Shown: positions 25,124-40,668, numbered from the stretch's first letter. The stretch: 64,000 nucleotides of DNA from Octopus sinensis (GCF_006345805.1 NC_043004.1:84630001-84694000); one strand, 5' to 3'. Numbers and translations: made by a program. The notes: generated by a model not told the origin, from the sequence alone.

Positions 25124-27869
25124 CGGGAGAGATGAACGGAGAGAGATAGAAAGATACCTGTATATCTATATGCCTATATCCAGTGTGTGTGTGTGTGTGT
25201 GTTTGTTCGTGTGATATTTACTATGTAAAATATGTTCGTAAATACTAGTCGCAATGAAAACAATATCACAGGAATGACAACGATTAACACTTTAAAAGAA
25301 TGAGAAATGCCCTCCATTTTTAAACGTTAACACTGCATCAGAAGAAAGAACAATCTGAGAGAGAATGAAATGCGAAATGACTACTGAGCTTGTAAGAAAA
25401 TTTTGGACGGAATGTTAGAAACGGAGTGCAGATTATGTCTTAGCGGGTGGAATTTAAGACAACGTGATAAGCCGGTTATGTCTTTGCAATTATACGCTTG
25501 TCTCTATGATATTTGTGTGTTTTGGCGAGGAATAAAAATTTGCAGTTGTTTGCAGTTGATGCGCATGTAGGATGTCATTGTGTATTTGAAATTAATCGTG
25601 AAGTGGTTGGTAAGGAGGCATAGCCTGGATGTGAGGAAATGAGGCCGGGCGTGCGAATGTGAAGTTGAAGCTAGTAGCATGTGTTAGGTAGTGTGGAGTG
25701 TTAGTTATAAATATCTGAAATCGTACGAATGTGAAACGTTTTAACACTCAAGAAAGTTTTATGAAGAGCAGGAACGTCAACGGAAAAGGTTAAAAAGTTG
25801 AAATAACTTTTACTGGCAAGATTTATGGAAATGCAATAAAACTTGAGAGGAACATCGCCTTTCTACTCAATCATCACCGATAAACCCTATAAGTGTCTTA
25901 CAAGTGACAGGAATATGTTTGTACTGTGTGTAACCCTGAAGTAACAAAGATATACTTCAGCAGAATTCGGATGATATGAAAGACAAATCGATGTACATTC
26001 GATAGAAGCATATCTTGCACTGTTTGTGCAATGCCATTGCCAATTAAATCATTTACGATACTAAAGGGAACACATGCAATATTAGCAACTTGAACATCAG
26101 TAGTATCGATATAGATATTACTAGCAAATATTAAATTTCCCTTCGGTAGCGATGCTGATAAGATCTACGTTTAATGTAAGGATAGTTGCAGAGGAATGAA
26201 AACATTCCTCACCCTCTTTGAGTACTGCATTCTCCAGTTAGAGGATACACATTGTAAAATGAAGATAAGGTTAACGGAATTGCGAGATAAGCTAATTATT
26301 GGTTCAAAAGTGAATGTATCTATACAGATGTTCCACAGACAATGAATGTTAATCGAAATTTGCGATGGAAATAATCATCATGTCAACAGACGGTTATGCA
26401 CCTGCAGGAAACTTAGTCTTTGCTATGCAAATGCATGGAGAGCTACTGTCTATCGACCAAATATTTAGTGGTGTTTCTGGCTTCATCATAACGATAGAAA
26501 ATTCTAGTTGTGGAAAGGATTCACTAAATTAACTGCGCTTCAATATGTCTTGATGACAATACACTCACATCACATTTGATACATGTACAATACATTTACA
26601 ATACTTTGCCATGGAAATATTTTCCTAACGGTCATATGAAATGTACAACTGGGCCAGAAAATATATAGAGCTTTAAAAATATTATTATTCGTGCAAAATT
26701 ACTGAAACCATTAAAAACACCGGGAATTATTCATACTTTTAAAAAGAAATTTTATTTGTGAAATATGCTAATCTTCTCCTGATAGAAGGACTATATATCC
26801 TATATTGATGCGGTTGATAAGTAGCAAAATCGATGCATTTTCTATAGCTCAGCTGCCCAGCAGATGAGAATGCTTCATTAAAATTTGAGGAAGCGCTTGA
26901 GGTGAACATATGAGGGGTTCGCAACTCATATGTCCAGGAAAGTGATATTCGTTTGTAAAAAAGTTTCATTGCACTGGGCAACGTAACATTAGATCGGCTT
27001 AGAAAGCCTGGAAATGCAGGAAGGCCTCCAAATGGAGAACAGAATATTTTAGTAAAAATTCGATTAGAGTTACAGAGAAAGTTTAAATATTACGATGATT
27101 CTTAGTTTCAGTTAACTACGTTTGACATTATACAATTATACATATACACAATTACACCTACGCATATACATACACGCATCATTGAAGAACATCCATTTAG
27201 GTCCGAAATAAGGTAGCACCACCTATACACTACTGAATTATATCGGTGCTTACACACAAAGAAAAATGTATGCACATATGCAAGCAACGACCACTTGAGA
27301 AGACTAGGTACAGTCGTGACTGACGTGAAAGAGCTTGCCTACGCTTGAAATCTCCAATAGAAAAAAATTACATAAATACCAAATGTTATTATACAATGAC
27401 ATACAATGAGTATCGAATGTTATTATACAATGACATAAATGCATGAAATGAAAGATCGAAGAAAATAGTGTTTCACTTCTTGAATTAGAGGGTATCATGA
27501 AATGCAGTTCCATATATGTCTACCAGTATGTGTAATAGGCTTGCGATAATGGATCACACATACAGCCACACACACAATCATATATGTATGTGTGTGCGCG
27601 TGCATGTGTGCCTGCCTCTGCTTGTGTCTGTCCGTGAGTGTGTCTGCCTGTACTTGTGCATGTGCATTCGATTAGACGTTGCGTTAACCTCAGGAATGGA
27701 TAGTTTCATTCAAGGAAATACTGGTTCACTACATAGTATCTTGGGGAAATTCGGTTTGGTATAATGCCTTAAACGGGGAATTTAAACAATCTGTAAATTT
27801 TGGGCTTGGTTTTCGCTGCGGGATCTTTCCACAAAATAAAATTCACGATATTGCATCTACTTAGAGAGC

Positions 27870-28290
27870 TTGCCACCATCCATCCGGTAGTGGCATCCAC
27901 GCCATCGTAAATGGCGCCTCTGTCATCGTCTCAATGCTCAAGATGTTGGCTTCCCTGGTGTCCCCGTATGGAGAAACCGATACTCATTTTGTTGGAGGCG
28001 TTGAAGTACCGTTACATGATGTTTGTAATGAGACAATGCCTCACATGGATAAAGGCGCACCGTCAGTACTCACGCAAGTACGGAGATATTTTCGTCCGCC
28101 TTGTGAAGCTATGTTAGGACTACGCAAGTGTGTCAAGTGCCTACAAATGAACAGAAACCCAAGACAAGTTGCTTTACAATGTTTGCAAGAGGCAGAAACA
28201 TTATCCAGGAGAATTTACATATAGATAAACAAGGTGGAATCAGCTATGAGCCTGACTGATGATGATGATTATTATGATGATGATGAGGAT
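27870..28290 (+). mobile_element. Highly decayed RTE LINE 3' relic
   Basis: Across frames: LKMLASLVSPYG.ET (cf. RL..SLVFP..YGCET), RLVK/AMLG, RNPRQ..LQ. Ends in a (TGA)n tail. Confidence 0.5.
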
Positions 28291-30212
28291 GAGTAAAGCT
28301 GTAATGACGTTCCGTTGATTAAATTTCAGTGAAGATGTATGATCAAGGAAGATATGGTATCAGAATTGTTGAAGGCAGATATCAAAAATATGAACACAGG
28401 ATTGTGATAAGTAAACGGCGTAATCTCTTCCCGGAATATCAATGTTACTTCCGATATTACAGAGGAACAACGGAAATGATTTCCCCATCAAGACATATGA
28501 GTGTTATATGCAGACTGTGGATGTTATCCATTTTTTCTTGATTGAAGCAAAGCCTTCGAGTCTGTGAATATTTCCCCTTCCTGTGGAAAATAAACGGCAA
28601 ACATTGTTTGTGAGTCTTTCTTTGCACCGATGATTAAACCATTACCTTATGAGATAGAGTTATGGGAAAATTACGGAGGTAACGTGCTGGGATCCATCCC
28701 GTTAAAAATTGGTCAAGCAATGTGAAATTTCTGCCCCAAATATCTTTGCTCGTAATTCGTTATCAGTCTCAGACGTGCTTTTGCTATTGATCGCTCTTCT
28801 GTCACATAGACGACGCACCAATCCTGTAGTACGTCTCTGCAACTTCAGTTGTTTTGCTGTCGATGCGGCAGATTTTCAATGTCGTTAACGTGATCACTTT
28901 TGTGTGCATGAGCGGAACATTGTTGCTCATACACAGTCACAAACATACATACACACATACAGGCTCACACACATACACGCACGCACATATATATGTATAT
29001 GTACATCAAAGACAACCGCATATTTACATACACAGTTATATGTGTGTGCGTGCGTAAATGTTTCTCGCTTGGCTTCTCATATCAATAAAGTTGAGAATAA
29101 TAGACTAGGAATAGATTTGCAAAATCTACATATTTAACTGCAATATACTTTATGTCCTCCAGGGGAGATTTCAGTAGTGAAGTAATGATGAATATTCTAA
29201 ATGAAATATCCCTTGTCACCAGTTTTCTGTCCTGCACACCAGCCGAGACACTTATTTATTTTGACATGAACAAAAATGAATTACAGACGCAAAACTGCTT
29301 GAGTGTGTGCTTAGATTTACACTACGATGACACTACTGCGTGTAATATTATAGATATTAAAATGAGATTCGTTTAACATTTTCCCTTTTGTTTTGGAGTT
29401 TTACTTTGTATTACTTCTCTATTTCCAAAGAGACTAATATAACAACTACAATAAAATGACCAATAAAGGGAATAATAGGAAAGCTCTATAGAATCATTTC
29501 CCCATAAAAAGGGGATTTAAAGTTTTGTTGTGCGCAAAATACTAAATATTCTGATTTTTTTCCTCTATTGAATTTGTATTCCGTGGGGAATCAATAAACA
29601 GGAAAATTTCCAGTTCTTTGTTAGAATATAAAAGGGAATTTTATTTGAAGGATCTTTAGAAAAGATGCAACAACTTATTATGAGTTGGCGTTATTGTAGC
29701 ATCGCCAATATTTTATACATTATTCTTACCTTTAATTTAACATTTATGTGGCTGAGAATATTGCATTCTTTGTTCTGACAGCGTTTGAAAAACAGGCGAA
29801 ATTAGTCTTTATTCCTGATGATTTTTTCGATATGTTATTAAATTACTATGAGGTTGGAAGATAGCAGCGAAGATTTCTGAATTCAATTCCGACCTAACGA
29901 TTAATTAATTTATAAAGATAACAGACTAAGCAGTGTTAATTATGAAGTTATCCCCAACGTTAATTTTTTTAATCAGTAAAGGAAATTATAAGGATTAGAA
30001 CAAGACGCATCCCCGAAATATCCACACGCAAGCCAATGGAAAGAAGATTGTAAGGAATCGTCCAAGCTAAATCTAATTGAGCAGTTATGAACAGTGAAGA
30101 GAAATGGTAAACAGAGTTCACACACACGAGACTACGTACATCTGCAAACACACTCATATACATACAAGCATACGTAAAGACATACATACATGTATACATA
30201 ATACATATACAT

Positions 30213-30338
<126 letters not shown>

Positions 30339-30345
30339 TATATGT

Positions 30346-33330
30346 TGTAGTGAATGACCAGTAGAGCAGAAATGCCGCGGAACCAAAGTGTCACTACCGA
30401 GTCTGATATCTCGGAGGTGCTTCACAAACCATTCAGCCAAGCGGCGTCCCGTTTGACCAGTGTACAGAGAAGGGCAGGAAGAGCAGAATATGCAGTAAAT
30501 GAATTTGCTAGAGGTGCAGGCAAAGGAGTCGCTGATATGATAGGGATGGTGAGGTGTGCCGGTGAGATTAGTGTTGTTGGAGAGGTAGGGGCAAGTGCGG
30601 TAGCGTGGATGGGAGCAGAGAACGAACTAGGAAAGGAAATAGGATTAAGGGAGAAAACGTGGACCATGAGGTTACGATGGTTATGGGCTCGTTTGAAGAA
30701 TGGAAAGAACATGTTGGAGGAGATGTGCGAGTTAGAGTAGTCTGACTGATCTCGCCGGGAAGGCTCAGAGAATGGTGCAGGGTGTAGGGGTGGGAGGTTT
30801 TGGAAACGGGGGGTGGGCAACGGCAGGACGGGTGCGGGGAGAGAGAGCACAGGCGTGGTCCATAGACCATGCTCTAGCAAGTGAGGTATGTATAGTGTTG
30901 AGGGGAAATCACCGAAGGATGAAATGGCGAGCCATGATTTAAGACTGATATTCAGTCATAGATTTCATTGCAGAGCCTTCGCCGACGGAGGAATTGAGAG
31001 TAGGTTTTGCAGAGCTTAGTGTGGGTTGGTTGGGAGGAGGAGAAGTTAAGGTATGTGTGTCTCTCGGTGTGTAGTGGGTGGATATATTTAGAGCGTAGTG
31101 GTGTATGTTGACCGAAATGTCGATAATTCCGATGGGAGTGTTGAAAATAGTGCAGGAGAATTCGAGTACATGCTGGAACGTTTGGACAAAGAGAAAAAAG
31201 GAGTCTAGTTGTTTGCGGGGGAGTGTGGTCACACTGGTACATTCATCGATATAACGACCGAATAGTTCGAGTGTAGGACCAGTAAACCATGAGAATATTT
31301 GGGCCTTGACTTATCCAACAATCAAGTTCGCATAGTTGAGGCCCACTCTCTTTCCCATGGGCACTCCTGGGCATAGGGGTAAAAGTCACCCGCGAATGAG
31401 AAGCAGTAGAGGGAGAGAACAAGTTCAGCCAGGAGATAAGTGTGGACGTCTCAGGTTGGGGGTTGGTCGAAAGTCTAGGAAGTGTTTGAGTGCAAGACGT
31501 CCTTCGTTGTGTGGGATCACCGTATATAGATTCCTGATATCAAGAGTGAAGAGTAGTTTAGAGAGGCCAAGAGGGAATGAGAAAGAGTGGAAGAGATGGA
31601 AAGCATGGTTAATGTCGTGGAAGTGGGAACGGAGAGAAGCCACTAATGGGGACGTATATGGTCAAATTGTAGTTACAGGCGAGACGTTGGGGTGGCTATG
31701 GTTGTTGGGCTTATGAAGTTTGAGAAGGAAGTAAATGGTGGAATGCTGAAATTGAGGTTGGAGACGGTGGGAAGGAGACAGGAGGTGGAGAAGAGGTAAT
31801 GGATTTTGGAGGACGTAGTCTGTTGGTAGTTAGGCGTGGGTTTGGGGGGCGGAGGTCAATAGAATGAGGACTCTTGAAGTTGGCAGAGAGCTTCAGCCTT
31901 GCAGAAGTCTTCGCCCGACGCCACCACTGCTCCACCGTTTTCAGCTGGTTTTATGATAATATCGTTTCGGCAACGGAGACATCGAAGATATTAAAATGTT
32001 GGGACACCAGCCAAAGTTAAACCGGTCCACAACACTTTGGCAAATGCTTGCTAAATGATCCACTGCATGGAACTGACCAGTATCTGGCGTCTAGTGGTAT
32101 GGTCGACGGACTAAATCGGTGAGGAAGTTTGCTTTATTAGATGCAGGTGGTGTGCTGAGGTATAGTGAATATAGCCTGACACGGCACACAAACCCATGAA
32201 TATCAGCACGGATGTGAAATTCGTTATTCGATGAAGCGCAGACGTTTACTTAAAAGATAGCGCTCCGCCTCAGAGAGAGGAAGGTCAAGAGGAATATTAA
32301 CAACAGACTGAAGTGAGCAAAGGGTGGGTGAATTAGCAGTGGGGTGGGTATTGTCGGGAGTGGAAAGGTGGGAGGTTTTGGAGGGCTGGGTGGAAAGAGA
32401 GGAGGTGTAAGTGCGTGAGTGGTTGGAGTAAAGAGTGAGGTGGAGTGTATCGAGGATGGAGGTGTGGAGGAAGGGTGGAAGAGGGCCTAGTGACATCGGG
32501 TGGGAGAGAATGATTGAGTGAGTGGGGTTTATGGTGTTTAGTGCGAGTGAGGAACTAGTGAAAAGGATGATTTAAAGAGGTTATTAAGCGTAGAGTGGAA
32601 TGTGCAAAGAGAGGGGAAAAAGGTAAAATAAATAAGGGGAGAAGAGGGTCGATGGTGAATATTTTGGAGAGATTAGAACAAATGGTGCCACGCATAAGGA
32701 GGTGGGAAGTAGTAAGGCATATGGGTAGGATCGCAGAAGCAGAGTGGAAAGTGGGGTGGAAATGGAGGCGGAAATATTCGGGTGGTATTGAGGCAGTGAC
32801 TGAGAACAGAAACGTGGCTAGAGAACCGTGGTTTTTGAAAATCAGTAGGGAAACATTAGTAGTAGGTTGAAAGCAGCGGAAAGGAAATATGAAAAGGTAT
32901 TTCTTTAGGCAGTGGTGAAGGTGGAGGTGGAAGGTTTCTTAATCAGACATGTTTTAAAAAAGAGAAAATGTAATTAATTATTAAAAAAACAAGAACAGGA
33001 GAGAGAAAAGCAAATTAATGACGTACAGAGGGTAAAATTTGAAACAATTCAAAACTCGTGAAGAGAAAAAACGGAAGAAAAGAAGAGAAGACAAAAAGAA
33101 GAAGAATAGGAGAGTGAAATGCAAAGTAACAAACTAAGGAGTTTGAAAAAACAGAAAGGTCAATAAAGTTCAGACGTCGTGTTATATTGGAGCGATTTTC
33201 ATCGACGGAAGGGTCCATTGAAATCCGTAAGTATATCCAGTGGTAATCCAAACTGAGTGTTGATATGCAGATGAGGAGAGGTGGTGAAAGTCCAAAGAGT
33301 AAGAAGTTAAAGCAGGATTAAACAGAAGAG
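30346..33330 (-). mobile_element. Penelope-like element (RT + GIY-YIG endonuclease), degenerate
   Basis: Minus-strand frames give LSKRLRFI, NEFHIRADI..FVCRVRL, IIIKPAENGGAVV, LFTLDIRNLYTVIPHNEG.LALKHFLD, GRYIDEC (YIDD), IDISV, THYTP.DTH.YLNFSS, YSQFLRRRRLC, and the GIY-YIG tail [20 protein letters not shown], truncated by (AT)n. The 5' boundary is approximate. Confidence 0.88.
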
Positions 33331-33699
33331 CCGGTGGATATAGATTTTCATAGATATATATTAAATAATCTCAATATCTAGAAGACCGCATTTATAAAAA
33401 TGCTTTGCAATTTAATAAAATATTATAACTGTAGTGATTTATTATCTAATATATTAACGTTTCATGTCTAGGATTCAAATTCTTTTAGTAAATATATATT
33501 CTATAGCTAAATGTTATGACAACCCCAATGTCTATTTTATAATTCGTAAAGTATAATCCCATTTTGTGTGTTTGTTTCATATATAAGCATTTAATGCATT
33601 ACTATGAGCATTTAATGCATCGTTATCTGTGTCTTAACAAATAACTGGTCTCTTAATGCGGCAATCTGTATTCGTGCTCCTCAGGTACATTGTTGTCAG

Positions 33700-33820
33700 G
33701 GATTCATTTCTTCAAAAGATATAATATTTATGGATGTTTACCAGAGAGGCGTATATCACTTTATACTAATGCGAAGTTTGGTTGACTTATATAACTCAGC
33801 TAATCTGGGATGGTTACAAC
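33700..33820 (+). CDS. Candidate internal exon of an unidentified host gene
   Basis: ttgttgtcag acceptor, open frame GFISSKDIIFMDVYQRGVYHFILMRSLVDLYNSANLGWLQ, strong AAC|GTAAGC donor. No homology recognised. Confidence 0.25.
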
Positions 33821-35134
33821 GTAAGCATCCCAGAAATACGAACTGTGATCATAAGAGTCATTCGAATTGTGGAAGCGCGCGTAACGATGCATTAAATGTT
33901 TATAAATTCCATATAAGTATTATTGTTATTATTACTACTTTTATCCTACATTACATTGGTACATCTCGATGAAACCCCGAAAACCTGTTTGAGAAGTCAG
34001 CGTCATGAGATGTGACCGACATATTGGAATAGGATCTTTATTTGCATATTCAAAACGTTTCCCGTGAGCAAATTTAAAAGAATTATATGTCTTTATGTCA
34101 GCGTATCTGTCAGTGTGTGTGCGTGTATGTATGTGTACGTGCGTGTGTGTGTATCTGTGTGTCTGTTTTTGTCCCCCCACCACTGACTGACAACCGTTGC
34201 GTGTTGTGTTTACGTGCTTTAACTTATGATAGAATGATTACCAGACTTTTAAAATATATGTAGTGCGGTGGATACATCCCAATAAGAATTCTTCAAGATG
34301 GTCCCTCAGCGTGGCTGCAGTTTAATGAAATGCCTGGAACCTGTAAAAAATAAATGGTACATGACAGACGTATATATGTGTGTGTGTGCGCGCGCGTGTG
34401 TCTGCGTGCGTGTGTGTGTGTGTGTGTGCGTGTGTATGTGAGTGTGCGTTTTATGTGCGCGTATCTAGAGGGTGTTTATTAGTAATTTGCTCTAATACAA
34501 GGCCTACTATTTTTTTAGATGAAAATATACGCTTATGTATAAATCAATTCTCATAAAGACTTTCACGTTAGAGACTTTCTTGACGAATTGTATCATCTAA
34601 CTATTATCCCCTCTGCTATATTGTAAATCTAACATTATATATGTCAATTTATTGAAATATGTATTGAATTAAAGCCACTTCGTTATTATCTCTAGCGTTG
34701 ATAGACTACAGTTCCAATGTAAAATCTTCAAACTTCTATTCTATAATAATACGAAGTTTCTCTTATTATTGCATCTAATAACCTCCATCTTGATTGAATA
34801 ATAATATCTTCTTCATTCATCATTAATTTTGACATTTCTGTTTGTATCAATATTTCCGTGGGTAGAAGTTTACACATACGTATTGTTTTGTAATACGATT
34901 TCAATATAACCGATTCTGGCTTCTCTAACATCCTGTTTCCGACAGTGATATTGTTATTGTTGAATATTTCACAACGTGTTGTCTACAATGAATGATACAA
35001 TCGAGACAGATTTAAAGAGAAAGCTGGTCGGTGAAATTCTTAATAACTTTAGTTATGATTAACATACACAGAGTTACAATAAAATGTTGCAGAAATTCTC
35101 GTGTACGTTTTTATTCTCACACATTTATTTTTTA

Positions 35135-35330
35135 CGTGTTTCATTCATTTGCTAGTGGCCATGCTTGGGCACCATCTCGAATAGCGTTTCTCAAATTAAT
35201 CGACTTCAGCACTTGCTTAAGCCTGGCAATGTTATCGGTTGTCTTGTTGAATCGCTAATGTAACGGAGACTGAACCCTGAATGATGTGTTTGGGAAACAA
35301 ACTTTTTATCTGTCCGCCACGCCTGCACCA
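35135..35330 (-). mobile_element. SINE family B, internally deleted
   Basis: Tail (ggccatgct.g.gcacc) is joined to head (gactgaaccc..atgtgtttgggaa.caaact..gccacgcctgcacc). Confidence 0.65.
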
Positions 35331-35389
35331 TTTTAAGAAATATAATCAGAAATATTCTTTCCAAGTTAAACTGAGTTCAAATATAAATA

Positions 35390-35605
35390 AATGCGCCCTT
35401 TTTAAAACCTAGCCAGGGTCATTGCCCCGGTTTCCCGGTTTCTATGGCGTATGTGTTCCCCAGCAGGACGGCACGCCAGTCCATCGCAGCGTTACTGATT
35501 TTTGCCAGCTAAGTGGATTGGAGGAACGTGAAATGAAGTGTTTTGCTCAAGCACACAACGCATCACCCGATATAGGAATCGAAACCACAATCTTACGATC
35601 ACGCG
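35390..35605 (-). mobile_element. SINE family D
   Basis: Reverse complement of the 19175-19430 blocks. Confidence 0.85.
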
Positions 35606-35834
35606 CCTCGATCTGAGGTCAAATAGTAAGTATTGCATTCATAGTTATTCCCCTTGATATGCAATCCTGCAAATATAATTTTTACCAATACAAACGTAAA
35701 TTATGAACTTCGTATCATAGGCGATAATATTTGTATGATTGTTACCTAATTGGGTAAATTTCACTCTTCATAACCCATTTCCTATTTTAGCTTGAAAAGA
35801 GGACTAATTTATGAACGAAACACATTCCCTACTG

Positions 35835-36425
35835 CATGTGTTGTACATTTTGCAAACATAATGACACGGCAGCATAAATGAATATGTGCGATGTGGGATA
35901 TATGAGTTGTATGTCTCTGGACAGGTTGAAGTGCCTATTCCCAGTCATGGATCTGATCTTGACGGTGACTCCGTCGATGTTGCGGAAAGTATCCGACACA
36001 ATAGCTGAGAACATCATGCTGAACAGCATAGGTACATGTATACAGCCATGCTTGACTCCGTTTATCACTGGTAATGTAACGGTAGGAAGAAAGTGTCTCC
36101 GAAGATACACTCGAAGCCTCGCTGATTTGCTTTCGTATCAACTCCAACACTTGGGAAAATACCTGTACTGGTCAACTGTGCCTGGCATTGCTGCACCAAC
36201 GAAGATATCACCTCCTACGAAGGTAATATAAAAGCAGGGGCCCAAAGAAAATGTAATCAGAGCAAGTCCATCATCATGCCAACTCCTTCATTCCCGACAA
36301 ACCATCACTACCAGGCATGAAGCAGAACATTTGAAGCACGCATCGGAGTGACGACCACAGCCGGATTCACATGGTCTATCTTCTCCCATGTAAAATCGTG
36401 GTCACCGTCGACGACGGCTGACGTG
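35835..36425. mobile_element. RTE (BovB-like) LINE relic in two opposite-strand pieces
   Basis: Minus 36078->35835: PVINGVKHGC..PMLFSMMFSA..D.F..D G..I.R..G..FNL (RT core). Plus ~36081-36425: DTLEASL..F.IN..TWE, SYE....AQRK, RTFEAR...HSRIH (RTE C-terminus). Confidence 0.75.
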
Positions 36426-37089
36426 CATTATGTCGTTGGGCAGCTGCCATCAATTGCATAGGATTACTCTGAATACAGCCAAAGTATATGAAGTAGTTTA
36501 CTTTTTAATATGAATCAGGTAGTAAGGTGATACTGAAATGCTGCATACCGATCAATTGGCATAAAAACATCATACTTTTGTTCAACACGATTATTGATTT
36601 CAACGGTTCAGTTGGTGACTTCGAGTTTTTTTTTCCACCCATTGCATATCGAGTGCTGATTCATAAAATAATATGTTAACGCGGAAGATAAACAGAGACA
36701 GGAGATATATAACATTTCGCTCGTCAGTTATGCTAAGATTAAAGAAGGCATTTTCTCTGAACTTAGACGAGAGAATTTATAAGTGATGAGAAATTTCATG
36801 GTGATTGGCATGAAATGGTGAACGACGCGTGGCTGTGTAGCTAAATTGCAATATTTTGCAAGAACCTTTAGGGAAATCACAAGGACAAAACCTATTCTGA
36901 AATAGAGGAAGTTAATTTTATAGGCGTTCTATAGGTGTATGCATGGTTAACTGGTTAATAAATTCGTTTTGCAACCATATTATCCGGTTTCTGTTCCATT
37001 GTGCAGTAGGTTCGGTAATACATACTTATTTTCAATTGTAGCCCCTGGAGGAGAAAATCATGAGGCTGGATGGAAATTGGAAACTGGAT

Positions 37090-37482
37090 GGGTGAGTGCT
37101 TAGAAGCTTGCTTCCAAACCACATGGTTCTGGGTTCAGTCTCACCGCGTGGGGACGTGGACAAGCGTCTTCTGCTATAGCCTCGAACCAACCAAAGCCTT
37201 GTGAGTTGATCAACAAGGACACTGAAATAAGTCAGTCGTATACGTATACATATATGTATAAATTTATGTGTGTGTATCTGAATTTGCCCCCCACCCATGA
37301 TCGCTTGGCAACCGATGCGGGTGTGTTTATTTCCCCGTAACTTAGTAGTTCGGCAAAAGAGATTGATAGAAAAAGTAGTAGAATACGCCCTGGAGTTAAT
37401 TTCTTCGAATAAAACATCTTTAGGACGGTTCTCTACCATGACCGCAGTCAAATGACTGAAACAAGTATTTAAGTAAAAGAAT
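37090..37482 (+). mobile_element. SINE family B
   Basis: Same blocks as 22686-23103. Confidence 0.85.
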
Positions 37483-37539
37483 AAATAATGTGTGTATATA
37501 TGTATGTATGTGTGTGTATAGAAATTGATAGATACATAC

Positions 37540-37800
<261 letters not shown>

Positions 37801-39979
37801 GACATACATACAAACTGGTGCCCACTATGCTTAAATGTCACTGAAAGAAACAACTAAAGGATGTTTACTTTATGCCACCTTCACAATGTTATTTTTTCCG
37901 GAAACAATTGGACATCTTCATGAGTGGCTTCACTCCGATATTTCTATGATGCTGATGGTGCATTTCAATGATTTCTGGAGCGCCAGTTTGCTTGACGTTT
38001 GGAAACTGGAAGGAAAGAACAGCAGAATATGAAACTAGTCCCCTATTTTTATTACCAAATTAATGTTTTAGTAAGTGTACACATTTTGAAAAGTTTTAAT
38101 TTCTTATTACTATCAAACAGTGCATTTAAGACGAATGTTACAAAATTATTCAGATCTTATTTTTTTTATTCTTCAATCACAGTGCAACCAGGGTGAGATT
38201 AAGCTAAGTAGAATTATACCATAAAGATTTCTCTCAAACACCGATCGAACGTTAAGAAAACAAACTGGAAATTATTTTAAATTATTTTCCATAACTTGCA
38301 CTCAAATGAGAAAACTACACGAAATCAATCCTTTTTTTCTTGGGAAAATAAAATGTGTTTGATATCTAAAATGAAACTATGATAATTTTACGATTAAAAG
38401 CCCTGTTTTATGTTGCAGTTATTTTAGTTTTGTTTTGTTTTTCTTCAGTATTCCACGTTAGTGCATTTTTTATGTTACTTAACGTTATATAGTCTCTTAC
38501 TCCCATTGTATTGACACCTTCGTAAAGTGTTAATGTAATCTTCAATGCTTAGGGCAGCGACTCAGGAAAAATCTAAATGACAACCTTAGATCACTGAGGG
38601 AGAATTAAATTAAAAGCCTCAATAGCGACAACACAAGAGTAGGAAAATGTCCCCGATGTTCGTAAATCGAATTTCCTTTGACGGAACTGTTTGCAAACGT
38701 ACAAATTTAAACAGTTACCCATAACCCATGAAATGACAAGGTAATAGATTTTGAAAATATAAAATAATTTCAGCTTAAGGTTCGAATGTGGCAAGATATA
38801 GTATTTAACAGTTCTCTCTTTGGACATATAACCTACAATTTAGACAAATTCCTCTGTCCTAAACAATGAAACTAAGCTTAGAAGCAAAAACCTTTGGAAG
38901 GATTACGCTGGTTGAAGAATCTGCAAGATTTTTTTTCTATTTTATCGTGAAAAGGGATACTGCTGTATACAAGTATACACTTGATTTTTTTAAGCAATGA
39001 CAAATTATGGTTCACTTTCATCTCAATGTTTCTTACAATACCTTAATAAGCAAGTATTTTGTATAAAATCTAATGCAAAGTATACCACATTTCATGAATA
39101 CAATATGTATCATTGTATTATGAGATATCAGAGAAAAAACACGTTTCATTTTGACGAATGGTGTCAAAAATTATATCCTAGTATCAATATGAAATGGTTT
39201 TACCTGAAGTGGCATGGTAGGTCGGCTGATGTCCCATAACAACCGAAAAGATTAATTAAAATGTGATAACAGTAAAGGCTATCTCATACCTATCAAAAGT
39301 GAATATTTCAACAGCACCTACATAACGTTAAGTGCCTTTTAAGCAATATGAATAGCTTCCTATAACGACAATAGGCTACAATAGACAATATAGAGCGAGC
39401 TACGATTTGGTCACGGACACACACATACACATATGCCCACACAACCTGAACAAGCACAAATCAACTGTACATAAAACACACACACACACACACACACACA
39501 TGTTTGCCTCACACAAATATAAACTTCCATATGCATACTCATATATGTACACTCGTTCATACGCACACACACACTCACCCTCACATATGTACTTAGACTC
39601 TCGCTCATATTCACATATACACATATATACACACCATTCTCTCATACACACAATCGCCTGCGCACCTTAGTTCGTTGGGGTCACCACTATCGTTATCATC
39701 ATTATTATCTCCGTTCCATTCAGCCTTTTATTTTGGCGGTCATGTGATCATGCTGGAGCGTTGAACTCTTCACATTATTTTCTCTCTAGGTTTGTTTTTT
39801 CATTCTCTATCTGTTTTTTTTTCTCTTAATCCTTTTTGTCGAAGAGCATAGGCTCGAAACGTAAAATACATTACCACTCTCCCCGAGCGTTAAACTAATA
39901 TATTTGTCGTTCCTACACCTGTCTTCTTTACTTTAGTTTTCTGTAAATTTGAACTATATATATATGTGTGTGTGTGTGT

Positions 39980-40010
<31 letters not shown>

Positions 40011-40012
40011 TG

Positions 40013-40142
<130 letters not shown>

Positions 40143-40384
40143 TATCCTTAATATTTATAAGCGATCACCGTGCAATGACTAGAGGAAATAGTATAATAAT
40201 GAGGCATATAAGTCACTGGTGGAAAAAAAAAGTAGGTTGTGTCGTTAACCAGCGTGAGAGTGTGTTCTCTTGGTGTTGAATGTAGCAGTAATGTCGTTCT
40301 GTACAGAACAGTCGTGTTGAAGTCACAACAAACAATACTTTTAAATTTATGGTATGTTTACTTAATTCTAGTATCATCGATAAA

Positions 40385-40588
40385 TCACATTTGTAAATAC
40401 ATAAATCATCATCGTCGTCATCATCATCATCATCGTCATCATCGTCGTCAGCATCATCATCATCATCATCATCATTGACATCATCACCATCGTCGTCGAC
40501 GTTGTTATAGGTGCCACCACCGTTGTTATTACCGTAGGCGTCGTCGAAGCTCTCGTCGTCGACAGTCTCCTCATAGTCCTCCTCGTCG

Positions 40589-40668
<80 letters not shown>

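Noticed and set aside
27865-28224. 119-codon open frame with an acceptor-like AG as a host exon
   Set aside because: RTE C-terminal motifs are spread over several frames and there is a (TGA)n tail, indicating a decayed LINE.
39835-39960. GTCGAAGAGCATAGGCTCGAAACGTAAAA, a Penelope-tail-like motif
   Set aside because: The core reads UCGAAGA rather than CUGANGA, and the hairpin sequesters G8/A9. Not supportable as a hammerhead.
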